From: a virus
Lineage: Duplodnaviria > Caudoviricetes
Virus record (IMG/VR): IMGVR_UViG_3300013426_000001
Span: 1 to 64,000 of that record
Strand: one strand, 5' to 3'
Length of the DNA: 64,000 bases
Position numbers and translations under genes: made by a program. The notes under the pieces were generated by a model. The model saw only the letters and a list, made by a program, of their open reading frames with translations, made no database searches and was not told where the DNA came from. This document shows, one piece after another, positions 37,577 to 48,900 of the stretch; within the stretch, counting starts at the first letter, position 1; every line of letters begins with the position of its first letter.

Positions 37577-39547
37577 ATGGCTGATACAATATTAAAAACT
37601 AGAATTTCTTTAAAGTATGATACACTGGCGAATTGGACGGCGAGTGAATTAGTCCTTAATAAAGGTGAAATAGCGATTGCGGAAATTCCCACGTCTAATC
37701 CCGAACTTAAACAGCATCCTCCTGTGATGTTTAAGGTTGGTGTCGGCAATAAAAAGTTTTCCGAACTTGATTGGGCTTCGGGGCTCGCTGCCGATGTTTA
37801 TGGCTGGGCGAAGGCTGCTACAAGACCCGCTTATAAATATGGAGACGCCGATTTAACGGGTTTTGGAACTGCGGCCGCTAAAAATGTCGGCGATTTCGAT
37901 GCTGCTGGTGCGGCTTCTACGGCGGAAAAGAATGCAAAATCTTATGTAGATGAAAAGATAGCGGCGCTTCCCGCTCAGGCTGAATATACGCTCGAGAGTA
38001 ACGAAGATGGCAAACTGAGCCTTATGAAAAATGGCGAAGCTGCAAGTACTGTTGAAATCGAAGGTTGGGCGGAATTGCTCACTTCCATTGCAGCGAAATA
38101 CACGAAGCCCGAAGGCGGAATTCCGAAGAGCGATTTAGCTTCGGGGGTTCAGACTTCGTTGGACAAAGCCGATTCTTCGGTCCAATCTGTTGCGTTGGCG
38201 AGTGGTACGAATAACGGCACGTTGAAACTTACTGTTAACGGTACGGCGACTGACAACATCGCGGTCAAAGGGCTCGGTTCCGCTGCTTATAAAGCAGATA
38301 CGGCTTTTGATGCCGCGGGTTCCGCTGCTGCTGTTTTAGGCGAAGATGGCGATGCCGCAACTAAAAATACCGTATATGGAGCGAAGGCTGCCGCCGCGGC
38401 TGCGCAGAAAACCATCGATGATTATAAAACGTCAAACGATGTAGCGCTTGCGGCTGTAAAAAAGACAGCCGATGCCGCGCAAACCTCGGCGCAGGTTGAT
38501 GCAAAGATTTCGACACATAATACTTCGAGTACGGCGCACGATGATATTCGTCAAGAAATACAGGGGCTTTCCGAGAAGTTAAGCGGTAGGACTACGAACT
38601 ACGTTTATAAAAACAAAGACGATGCGGCTTATAAAGCGGCGATAGCAAAAGCTGGAAGTTTTATTGTCGGTGATACGATTTACTTCGAAGACGACAACAT
38701 TTCTGATCAATGGGTTGTCGCGGTAAACGCTGCTTCTCCGTTCTATACGTTCAAAGACATCGAAACCGAACATCCTTCGTTCGATGGCTACGTAAAGGGC
38801 ACTGGACTCACTGCTGAAAAATTCGTTCTTGGTGCTGCTGGCTCGAATGTAAAGGCGAGTACTTATGGTGCTTCTACGACTCTTACGGCTACCGATAACG
38901 CAAATCTCCCCACGTCGAAAGCTGTTGCCGATTACGTTAGCAATCAGATAAGTGGTAAACAGGATACGATTAAGGCTGGAACTCACGTAACTATAGGAAC
39001 CGATGGCGTTACGGTTAACGCTGCTTGGCCGACCGCTTCTGATGCTGGATATGAAGGTATTGGCAAAGTTGGTACGGTTACTGGCGTTAAGATGAACGGA
39101 GCTGCTGCTGCGGCGACCTCTGGTGTTGTAGATCTTGGAACCGTTCTTACTGATGCAAGTGCGTTTGATGCTGCTGGCACAGCTGCAGATGCTGTTAGTA
39201 CGCACAATAGTTCAACAACTGCACATGCTGATATTCGCACAGAAGTAGGTAAAAAGCAGGATATTATCAATGCGAATAACAAACTTTCTGCTGATTTTGT
39301 TAGCGGGCTCGGTGCTGCAGCCAAAAAAGGCGTGGCCTCCTCTGTTACTGCGGCTGGAACCGATTTGCCGACTGCTGGTGCCGTCGCCTCTTATGTTGGA
39401 ACTGAAATCGGCAAGATATCTATTCCGACCGTAAATAACGCGGCTCTTAAAGACACCTCGGGTGCGACGATATTTACTGCGAATGCTTCGGAAGACGTTA
39501 ATATTTTATATATTGACTGTGGTAATTCCACTGGTTGGGAAGCGTAA
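37577..39547 (+). CDS. Long fibre protein (Mtd_N-like N-domain, IDCG C-terminus)
   Basis: ISLKYDT.ANW...LVLNKGEIAI...FKVGVG; shares VKGLGSAAY and AHxDIR...GDTIYF blocks with 35641. Confidence 0.7.
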   Translation: MADTILKTRISLKYDTLANWTASELVLNKGEIAIAEIPTSNPELKQHPPVMFKVGVGNKKFSELDWASGLAADVYGWAKAATRPAYKYGDADLTGFGTAAAKNVGDFDAAGAASTAEKNAKSYVDEKIAALPAQAEYTLESNEDGKLSLMKNGEAASTVEIEGWAELLTSIAAKYTKPEGGIPKSDLASGVQTSLDKADSSVQSVALASGTNNGTLKLTVNGTATDNIAVKGLGSAAYKADTAFDAAGSAAAVLGEDGDAATKNTVYGAKAAAAAAQKTIDDYKTSNDVALAAVKKTADAAQTSAQVDAKISTHNTSSTAHDDIRQEIQGLSEKLSGRTTNYVYKNKDDAAYKAAIAKAGSFIVGDTIYFEDDNISDQWVVAVNAASPFYTFKDIETEHPSFDGYVKGTGLTAEKFVLGAAGSNVKASTYGASTTLTATDNANLPTSKAVADYVSNQISGKQDTIKAGTHVTIGTDGVTVNAAWPTASDAGYEGIGKVGTVTGVKMNGAAAAATSGVVDLGTVLTDASAFDAAGTAADAVSTHNSSTTAHADIRTEVGKKQDIINANNKLSADFVSGLGAAAKKGVASSVTAAGTDLPTAGAVASYVGTEIGKISIPTVNNAALKDTSGATIFTANASEDVNILYIDCGNSTGWEA

Positions 39548-39687
39548 AACTAAACAAAACTACCGCACGGGGCGAGGGTTGCTTCGCCCCTACGCGGAAT
39601 TAAACACGAAAACACAGCCGCCTCTGGAATGACGGGGCGACTTACTTCCAAATTTTGGAAATGATAAATTGAAGGAGGTTTTTATAT

Positions 39688-40974
39688 ATGGCTGGTGAAA
39701 AAGAAAGTTCGAGTACCACAACTAAACTCAAAACAAGAATAAGACAAAAACACGACACGGAGACAAATTGGCTCAAAGCTACCACTTTTGTGCCGCTCGA
39801 TGGTGAATTGATTATATATGACGTCGATGATACACACTCGACCCCGAGATTTAAGGTTGGTGATGGAATACAGGTAGTGGGCGATTTACCGTTTTTGGCG
39901 GATGGTATTAATTCTCAGTATCTTAGAAATAATTATATTCCTATTAAAGAAATAACTTCAGGGTCTTTTATAGTTCCACAAATAGGTTATAATAAAGAAA
40001 TTTATTGGTTAAATTCAGATGTAAGTGTAGTCGAACAGTCTTTAGCACAAAGATACACAGATGGTAGATTGAGAGTTGGAGATCCTGTTGAAAATAATGA
40101 TGCAGTAAATCTTCTGTATCTGGATAATCATTTTGTAGCAGGCAACGGTATCTCTATCGACAAGAAAGCCAATGAAGAGAAAGTCGAGATTAAGATTGAC
40201 CCAACGAGAGAAATTAAAGTATCGACGTTACGAAGCGTACCAAGCGGTCAAACAGCACCTTTTATATATATTGATTCGACGATAGGTATAACGTATAAGC
40301 CTGACGCAAGCACCCCAAGTAGGATATTTACATTTCCTTCTTCAGACGGTACGCTTACGACGCAGAATTCGTTCAAGACTATTAATGGCAATTCAATCGT
40401 TGGTTCTGGAGATATTACTATTTCAGGCGGAAGTGGAGATGTTACTGCGGCTGGGGATAATACTTTTACTGGTACAAATGTTTTTACTAGTAATACTCTC
40501 GAAGTTGGAGATGGAAAAGATAAAATAAGTGACAATGGCAAAGCGGTAATTATTTCTGCTACAGGTATAAAAATTTATGATGGTTTAGCTGGTAGAAATT
40601 ACACTGTAAAATTTCCTACATATGAAAAAGGAAATGGAGGCACATTAGCTACTTTAGCAGATGTAACTGGTGATATTAGTAGTTCTGCTAACAATACATT
40701 CACAGGTACTAACATCTTTAAAAAATCAGTAAGTTTTGATTATGGACTGTTAGAAATAAGGAATGTATCTACTTCTTCCAGTCCAAATACGGATGGTATT
40801 ATTTTTAAAGATTCATCAAATAATACTTTCTGCTGGTATCAAGGTACTAAATGGACTACTAGTACTGGAAAAGTTATTCAGTTACCAACCTCCGCGGGTA
40901 CACTCGCGCTTACTTCAGACATTAAAATCAAATCTGCCTCACTCGATGGCACAACTTTAACGCTTACTATTTAA
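39688..40974 (+). CDS. Fibre protein (Mtd_N-like N-domain, GTTLTLTI C-terminus)
   Basis: IRQKHDT..NW....FVPLDGELI...FKVGDG; NTFTGTN repeats; PxxxGTLA motifs. Confidence 0.7.
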   Translation: MAGEKESSSTTTKLKTRIRQKHDTETNWLKATTFVPLDGELIIYDVDDTHSTPRFKVGDGIQVVGDLPFLADGINSQYLRNNYIPIKEITSGSFIVPQIGYNKEIYWLNSDVSVVEQSLAQRYTDGRLRVGDPVENNDAVNLLYLDNHFVAGNGISIDKKANEEKVEIKIDPTREIKVSTLRSVPSGQTAPFIYIDSTIGITYKPDASTPSRIFTFPSSDGTLTTQNSFKTINGNSIVGSGDITISGGSGDVTAAGDNTFTGTNVFTSNTLEVGDGKDKISDNGKAVIISATGIKIYDGLAGRNYTVKFPTYEKGNGGTLATLADVTGDISSSANNTFTGTNIFKKSVSFDYGLLEIRNVSTSSSPNTDGIIFKDSSNNTFCWYQGTKWTTSTGKVIQLPTSAGTLALTSDIKIKSASLDGTTLTLTI

Positions 40975-41012
40975 AAAAATCGATTAAAAACTTATATACT
41001 GGGAGGGAAAAT

Positions 41013-41351
41013 ATGGATATCGATAGAATAATCTTATACGTTATAATCGGTGCGCTTATTTTGGGCGCCCTGGTTTATGCAATCATTTGGATTATAAAAT
41101 TCTGCAAAATGAGCAAAGACGAAAAAATTAAATTGCTCAAAACTTATCTCAAAGGGCTTGTCGCTCTTGCCGAACAAGAAATAGTCGGAAGCAAACGTGG
41201 TGAAGAGAAACTCGCGATGGTTGAAGAGTATTTTAACAAAAAGGCGCCCGTTTTATACAAAATGGTACTTTCGGCTCTTGGCAAAGAAAACCTCAAAGAA
41301 CTTATCGAGGAAGCACTCAAAGAAATTAAAGATTCGTTCGGAGGTTGCTAA
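41013..41351 (+). CDS. Probable holin (single N-terminal TM)
   Basis: Hydrophobic IILYVIIGALILGALVYAIIWII then LVALAEQ...GEEKLAMV...LIEEAL pattern. Confidence 0.65.
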   Translation: MDIDRIILYVIIGALILGALVYAIIWIIKFCKMSKDEKIKLLKTYLKGLVALAEQEIVGSKRGEEKLAMVEEYFNKKAPVLYKMVLSALGKENLKELIEEALKEIKDSFGGC

Positions 41352-41353
41352 TT

Positions 41354-42337
41354 ATGGCGGAGTATTTATCTAAATTTACTGGCGCTCGTGTGGATTCGGC
41401 GGTGGAGAAAATCCCCGCCACCTTACCCACCGAAGACAGTAGTATAATCGTCATCAGCAAAGACGGAACGACGGGCTATACGACGCTTTCGAGTTTAGGC
41501 GCTGGAGACGTTGTTGCGGCTGGGAATAACGCTTTTACGGGGAACAACACGTTCGCTGGAACTTCGACGTTTAACGGTGACGTGACGATGGCGAAAACGC
41601 CGACCATTCCTGGATATGCGAACTTGGCAGGCGAGAATACTTTTACTGGTAGCAATACTTTTAGTGGGGATGTTACGATTTCTAAAATTCCCAATATAAC
41701 GGGTTATGCGGCGTTGGCTGGCGCTAACACTTTTACGGGGTCAAACACGTTCCAGCAAGACGTTACTATAGGAACAACGGCGCAATATGTTTCGATTACT
41801 TCAACAGGTATTTCGAAAAAGGCGAGCGATGCAAGCTCGGTACTTAGTTATGATTTACCTAATAGTGCGGGCATTCTTGCGTTAACTACGGATATTGCTT
41901 CAGCGGTTGCTGGTTTGGCGAGTACGGGTTCTTCTAATAGCTTTTCGGCAAACAATTATTTCGCCTATAATAAAGGAATAGATATCGGTGAAAAATCAGT
42001 CGCGCCGCCGTGGCTTGCGATTAGAAATGATAATACGGTTGTTCAGGATAAAGTCGCATTCTTTTATCACGATGGCAATGCGGAAAACACCCAAAATGTG
42101 GCGTATTTCCCAGCTCAAAGTGGCGTTATAGCACTTACTCCGATGGCGGCACCGACTGAAACAAGCTTCGTTACTTATGGTACAGATTTTAAACCCCAAT
42201 GGGTTAAAGGAAGCGATATTCCCGACGCGAAGGCGGTTACGGCGCTTGCTGATAGACTGGATAAAATCGAGACGCTCTTGGCTCCTGGTTTAGCTGCGGA
42301 GAACGCAAGGGCTATTTATTGGTTGCTTGCTGAATAA
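41354..42337 (+). CDS. Fibre protein (YTG N-module, NTFTG repeats)
   Basis: MAEYLSKFTGARVDSAV; three AGxNxFTGxNTF repeats. Confidence 0.65.
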   Translation: MAEYLSKFTGARVDSAVEKIPATLPTEDSSIIVISKDGTTGYTTLSSLGAGDVVAAGNNAFTGNNTFAGTSTFNGDVTMAKTPTIPGYANLAGENTFTGSNTFSGDVTISKIPNITGYAALAGANTFTGSNTFQQDVTIGTTAQYVSITSTGISKKASDASSVLSYDLPNSAGILALTTDIASAVAGLASTGSSNSFSANNYFAYNKGIDIGEKSVAPPWLAIRNDNTVVQDKVAFFYHDGNAENTQNVAYFPAQSGVIALTPMAAPTETSFVTYGTDFKPQWVKGSDIPDAKAVTALADRLDKIETLLAPGLAAENARAIYWLLAE

Positions 42338-42389
42338 AACCCTCGTTTTATTACATGGAGAAATTTTAGGAAATTTTTTAGGTAAAATT

Positions 42390-42420
42390 AGAGACTTCGC
42401 TATGTGCGAGGTCTCTTTTT
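42390..42420 (+). terminator. Intrinsic terminator closing the fibre array
   Basis: agagacttcgc/gcgaggtctct followed by T run. Confidence 0.75.
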
Positions 42421-42470
42421 ATCTATATTTTTGGGAATTTGGGAAAATAAAAAACAAGGAGGCACGGAAT

Positions 42471-42959
42471 ATGGATATAAAACAAACGCTTATGCAGGCG
42501 CTTAAAAAAGATATAAAAATAGACTTAGAGCGGAAATTAGAGAAAGTGCGGATTCCGTGCATGAATTATCTAAAAGAAAACGCTCTAAGGATCTTCAAAG
42601 AGAAAATAACGGAGGTTTACCAGATAAACCACGATAGAATACAAGTAATAGATTTACCTCTATTTTTGAAAACTATAACAGTACAAGACAAAGATAAATG
42701 GAGTTTTGATATTTTTATTGACGAAGATTTATTAAATTTTAAAACGAAAAGCGGCGAACAGATTTATCAATACTCTAATGACGGGATGTTTTATACCAAT
42801 AATGAGAAGGTTCATAATTTAGATGAATATTGGCATTCACCCATAAACGGGAAAAGCGAAAATAATTGGTATAAAATTGAAATTTGGAAAGAACTTAATA
42901 CTTTTTTAAAAAATGATTTTACACAATATGTAAGAGACAGATTAATGGAGGTAAAATAA
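42471..42959 (+). CDS. Hypothetical protein abutting the tape measure gene
   Basis: SD AAGGAGG before ATG 42471; stop adjoins the TMP start; AT-rich. Confidence 0.6.
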   Translation: MDIKQTLMQALKKDIKIDLERKLEKVRIPCMNYLKENALRIFKEKITEVYQINHDRIQVIDLPLFLKTITVQDKDKWSFDIFIDEDLLNFKTKSGEQIYQYSNDGMFYTNNEKVHNLDEYWHSPINGKSENNWYKIEIWKELNTFLKNDFTQYVRDRLMEVK

Positions 42960-45900
42960 ATGAAAAAAACTGATAAAATCGGTGTCGAAATATATTTAAA
43001 ACAATATGAAGATATGTTTAAACAGTATCAAGAACTTTTAAACAAAGAAATGGGTAATCATAAAGATATGCTAACTTCGATTATGAGAGAGCAGCTTGAT
43101 GATCTCAAAGATACTTATAAACTTCCAATGGACAAAATCCGAGAAATAGAAGATCGTATTTTGGCGCCGAAATTAAAAGAACAGGCTGAGAAAGCAGCGC
43201 AACAAGCTAAAAAAGACGCTGAGGATTATTTGAAGAAGAACCAGGAGACTATCAATAAGGCATTAGATGTTAATAAAGATAGTATGAAAACACTCTTAGA
43301 GACAAATAATTTAGTAGTCGAAAGTAGTAAAAAAGCTCTCGAGGACGCAAAAAAAGCGAAAGAAGCCATAGAGAAACAAGATAGGCAAATGAAAAGGGAT
43401 AAGGCGAGGGGTGCTCGAGCGCTCAAAAATCAAAGAGCGAAAGCGGAAAAAGAAGCTCGAATGAAAACTGAGCAAGCCAAATCGATGTATTTTGAAGCCG
43501 CACCATCTGCTGATTATGAGGTAATAGATGTCCCTGGAATTGGGCATAAATACAAACATACAAAGGTTAAAACCGCAAAGTTAAAAAGTGGGAAAGAAGT
43601 AGATCTCAGTAATATAAGGCAATTATCCGTTACTAAGTTGGCATCTTTAATAACTCATAATTTTGAAGATTTTGAAGCCCTAGCAAAAGAAAATGCGCAG
43701 AGAATAGCTGATTTTGAAGCGCAATATGGCAAAACCCCGTTAGACAAAGATCTTCGCAAAAAGCACTCAGAGCTTTTGGCACTGCAAGACGAATATCAGA
43801 GTGCTGATTTGAATTTAAAAAGAGCACAAAAAAGAGGCACTGCTTTTCATAAAGTGGTTGAACTTGTAGAAAAAGGTCAGGTTTCTCTTAACGATTTAAC
43901 AGAAAAGAAAATAGAAGAACTTGGTAAGCAATACGATGAGATAGGTGAAGGGTTTAGTTTTAAATACGGGGAAACCAAGGTGCGCGGAACCACTTCCAAG
44001 GATCTGTTGAAACTTGTAAAGCAGTATGATGAATTTAAGAAGCAGACTGGTCTGAGCGGGCAAACAACCACAGAAACACCACTTGGAATGCTTGTTGATC
44101 TTGGGGATGAGGTTGTAGAAGTCGCGGGTACGTTTGACAGTATTTTCAATGAAATGTCTACTCTTATAGACTTTAAAACTAGTGGACGAGTTGATGTAAA
44201 AAAGATAGGAATACAATTAAACCTACTTAAAAAGATGGCTTTACTCAATCCTAAATTTATGAAACTCAAAGGGATAAAGGGGTTGGACGCTTTAAAAGTT
44301 TTTCATTTGCCATTTAAGGGTGGTGAAGGTGGAGTTTACGATGTCGGTACTGCCGATGATGCAATGATGTGGCAGTGGATAAAATCCGCTTTCGATATTT
44401 TGGCTGGAGAGACGACAGAAAAACCTAATGTCCCAGTTTTAATGCGGGGCAAGTTAACGCTTGGTGATTGGCATGATAAAAAAAAGAAGACTACTGGGAA
44501 ACAGTGGTTGCTTAATAATATATCTTTGAAAAAATTAGCCGAAAATTATGAAAGGGGTACCATGTCTTACGAGGAAATTATGGATAACATAAATTCCTTA
44601 AACGAAGAAGACCGTCGACATTTTATAAATTTGATTTGGAGTACCAAAGAATACGAAGAAAAAAAGAAAACGCAGCGAGTTTACAAAGTCGTAGATGGCA
44701 AGCGCGTCCCTTTATTAGATGAACAGGGTAATATTCGGTATGATGAGTCTGGCAAGCTATTATACGAAATGCAGGATATTGTGTCTTCTATTCCACCTAG
44801 AGAAACTGGAAAATTATATAGACAAGGCGCTTTATGGGACAGATTGCGGGGCGATTTGGATTCTTTCCAAAAAGAAATAGAAAAGGTGGCAACTGACGAA
44901 TACGCGAATATAGCTGATAAGATGACAAAGATTCAAGAACGAATTTCGAAAATCAAAATATCTTATGTTGAAGCGAAGGAATATGTTCCAGACGAACAAG
45001 GTAATTTGCGGGAGGTTACTAAACTCGTACCAGCAAATGAAAAAGAAAAAGCAAAAGAAAATAGGCGCGATAAACTTATAGCACAGCGTGAAGCATTAAG
45101 AGCCCAATTGGCAGAAAAAGCATCTTCTGCATTTTCGGAGCAAGTTTTCAAAACTGAACAAGGATACGGAAGCGCTCAAACAGTAGGTGGAGGTTTTTTG
45201 TCTGAATGGGCCAAAGCTTATCGAATACACGCAGAGCAAGACGATGGATTGGCCGAAAAAATTGCAGACCGTTTTGTTAGCTATATTCTTAACGCTGGCT
45301 TATCTAATTTTCAACTTGATGAACTCAAAGGCGGATTAGCAGGTATAGCAATCAAGGATGAAGCGAATCAGGCGTTTGTTGATGCAATTCAAGACAGGTT
45401 GCTGGGTAAACATTCGATAATTGCGCCCAATTTGGAACGTGTTCAAGAACTCGAAGATCAAATAAAGGCTTTAAATCAAGAACGTGCTTCTTTGGACAAA
45501 GGAGTTCCCAACCCGAGAATTGAAGAGATAGATAAGCTTGTTCAACGATTGATAGCGGAACAAGATCGTCTTAAATATGCTCAGGAAGTGGGTGGAATTT
45601 TTTCTGACGAGCCGATAGGAATTAACGAGATGACGGATGATTACGCTTTAGAAAAAGGTAAAAAATCCGCCGCAATGCGTGGAGAAGCCGCTACCAATAG
45701 AGCTGCTCGAATGATTAGTCGACTTAAGGCTTTTTCAGAATACGATCTATCGGATAAAAGTTTTGATGATGTCATGAATTTTATCAAGGGACTTACAGGT
45801 ATAAGAAATGAATTTAAGGGATTTTTAAATGCTTTGGGTTCCAGCGAAAACTCTGAAATTGATGAATATGGAGTTCCTGAATATATTGAAAAAAGTGAAA

Positions 45901-48900
45901 CCATTTTGAATGCTTGGACCGACTTTGTTCGTAATCTGAGAAATAAAGTTAAAGGGTTGGAGAATCTGGATAATTTAGACGAAGATCAGGTAGAAGAGGC
46001 GGTTAAAGGGTTAGATATCGCAACCTCGACCGAGGAAGATATCGGTGGGCTTGCTAAAAAAACAGGGCATAAATTATCTTGGTTATATCAACTTAAAGAT
46101 ATTTATGACGAGTTTTTATCTCCCGAAATGGAGAAAGTCAACGAGAGTTTGCCTGATAAAGCCAAATTTACATCTGTCGAGCAATACGCTAAATCAAGAC
46201 TCACGCAAGAGCAATACGAGCAGTACGCGTCCTCGATTGATTTCAGGAAGATGATATTGGAGGGCAAAGATCTCGGTACGGTTATAAAACAGTTCTTAGA
46301 CATACCTGAATTTCAGTTAAAAAGTAACCTTGCTTCCACGTTGCAAAAGGCATTAGTAAAAATAATAGAAGCGAATCCTAAACTCTTAGACGATACCATT
46401 TATAATATCTTTATGACTCAAACCGATTTAGGTGGCGGAGCCAAGATGAGGTGGTGGCATGATGCGGGGGCTGCGGAACGGTTAAGAAGAGGGGATGTTG
46501 TTAGAAACTGGGCATACAAACCTAATGAAGTTTTGACAACTAAACCCGAAATGATCGCAGAAGCCGAAGAAAGGGCGGAGGAAAGAGTTCGCGGAGATTT
46601 AGGGAATAGAGAAGCTGTTGAGCTTTTAGAAAAACGAGCTCAATATGCCCGCAAAGAATACAAACAAAGAGAACGGGCTATCGCGAAAGAAGTAAAGGAA
46701 CAAACTGGCTTTGATCTGGAAGATTATGATAAAAGATATGGGTTTGAAGAATACGAAAAAGCATATCTCGATCTTTATAAATTCGCCTTAAAAGTTGGAC
46801 GTGCGGAATCTCACCTCGAAGAGTTTATGAAAGGTGAGCTTGGGTATTCGGAAATAGATGGTGCTGGAACTACGGGTACATTGTTGACCAAAGAGGCGAA
46901 GCAAGAATATGAAGAGCTTCGTCAGGGTTTAGCTATAGCGCAAAGCAGATTGCCTAACCTTGAAGATATGTCTGATGAAGGCAAAAGGTTGTTCATTGAA
47001 AGACAACAGCTCCTTGAAGAATACAGAGTTCCCTATGAAAGAGAAAGGGTTTATCGCAATGTCGCTAGAAAACGTTACGGTTCGGCTACTGATGAGTCCC
47101 TCATATTAAAACAACAAGAAGCTGTTTTAGCGCAAATAAGATCATTACCCGAGCAAACTCTCTCGGAAGTTACTTCTGAAATAGGCGATGCGAAAAGTGT
47201 TGACGTAGATGCGAATTCTATTACGGTCGGAGAACCTGAAAAAGTTGTAAATAATACCGAAACGACGGAGATAAAAGCCGACACCGTGGTAGTCAACAAA
47301 TCTCAATCGGCTACTGCGGAAGCGGTTGAATCCACTGCTGAAACCAAAACACCGAAGAAACGTCGTGGACGCCCGAGAAAGAAAAAAACGGATGATACAA
47401 CTCCCGTTACTCCAACAACCCCGCCTACAGATGGTGGCGGTACAGAACCCCCAACAGAAAGTGAAACTACGAAAAGTGACGCTCAAAAGGCGTACAACGC
47501 TCTTGTCGCGGAAGAGTTCAGAATCAAAAAAGAGATTGCCGCTCTCGACAAAGAACGCTGGAAATCAACTGAAATCGAACGCAAAAAAGATACCGATTAT
47601 GCCGTTCAAAATCTTGACGCAGAAAAGCAGTGGCGTGAAGCCGAATTGGAACGCATAAAAGACCGTAAAGCCGAACTCGAAGGATTAGGCGCGGTCGAAA
47701 GCAAAGCGACAACAGCTTCGAACGAAGAAAAAATGACTGCGTATTTAACGCGATTAGGCGTCGGTACGGACGGCAAAATGTCTTTAACTCCCGAAGAGCA
47801 GGCGGATTACTGGTCTCAATACGAACGTGCGCTTGATAAACAGGCCCGCGCAGAGGAAGAGATTTTCGGCATCCGCAACAAAGCCGCGACGAGCTATGGA
47901 ACGGAGAAAACGCTTCTCTATCAGATAGCCGACGAAAAGGCGAAAGGTTTGGCGACGGATAAAGAAAATGTCGCAATGCTTGAAGCGATTGTTGGTAAGC
48001 TTGACCCAACCCGCTTGGAGAATATTAAGAAGCAGGTTGCACTTAATCAGCAGCTTTATAAATTACAAGCGCTCAAACAAACCCGTGGCGCAACCTCGAT
48101 TTGGGACGTAATGGCGAACGATATTCGTCGTGCAACTATGCGTATCGCGGATTTCGGAATTGCTGCGAAGGTTTTGAATAAGATCCCGCAGGATATACAG
48201 AAGGTAATTCAGTATACGAAAGAGCTGGACGCGGCGATGACGAATATCAGAATCGTCGGTGGGTATAACGAAGAGCAGGCGAGAAATCTAATGAGAAGCT
48301 ACACCGAGTTAGGAAGAACTTTGGGTGCGACCACATCAGAAATTGCGCAAGGAATGAATGATTGGTTGAGACAAGGTTATGAAGCGGAAGATCAATTGGA
48401 GGCATTAGTTTCAGCTTCAACCAAACTTAGTAAACTCGGTATGATATCCGCGTCGGAGGCTACGACGGCACTAACGGCGGCGTTAAAATCGTTTAATTTA
48501 ACGGCAGAAGACGCGATAAAGGTTGTTGATAAGTTGACGAAAGTCGACCAGCTAGCGGCTGTGAGCGCGGGCGGGATTTCGACAGCGCTCCAAAAATCAG
48601 CGACTTCTGCAAAACTCGCAGGTATGTCGATGGACGAGCTTATCGGCTCTGTTTCGGTTATCGGTGAAGTCACCCAGCAATCGATGGATACGGTTGGCAA
48701 TGCGATGAAGTCAATTCTCGCTCGTTACGGCAACGTCAAAGCGGGTGTGTTCACCCAAATGGGGCTTAACGATGACGGGGAAACGACCGACAATATCAAC
48801 GACATCGAAAAGGTTTTGTCGAAGCTCGGTATAAAAGTCCGTTCTTCCGCGAAGGAAATGCGCAGCATAACCGACGTTCTCGACGACGTAAACTCGAAAT

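Noticed and set aside
34366-40974. Diversity-generating retroelement suggested by Mtd_N-like domains
   Set aside because: No reverse transcriptase and no adenine-mismatched TR/VR pair seen; Mtd_N is only an N-terminal structural module
29352-42337. Invertible shufflon driven by the recombinase
   Set aside because: All fibre genes are on the plus strand with their own starts; no inverted repeats or reversed silent cassettes seen
43620-44400. CRISPR-Cas locus from the Cas4-like motifs
   Set aside because: No Fe-S cysteines, no other cas genes and no repeat-spacer array in the window
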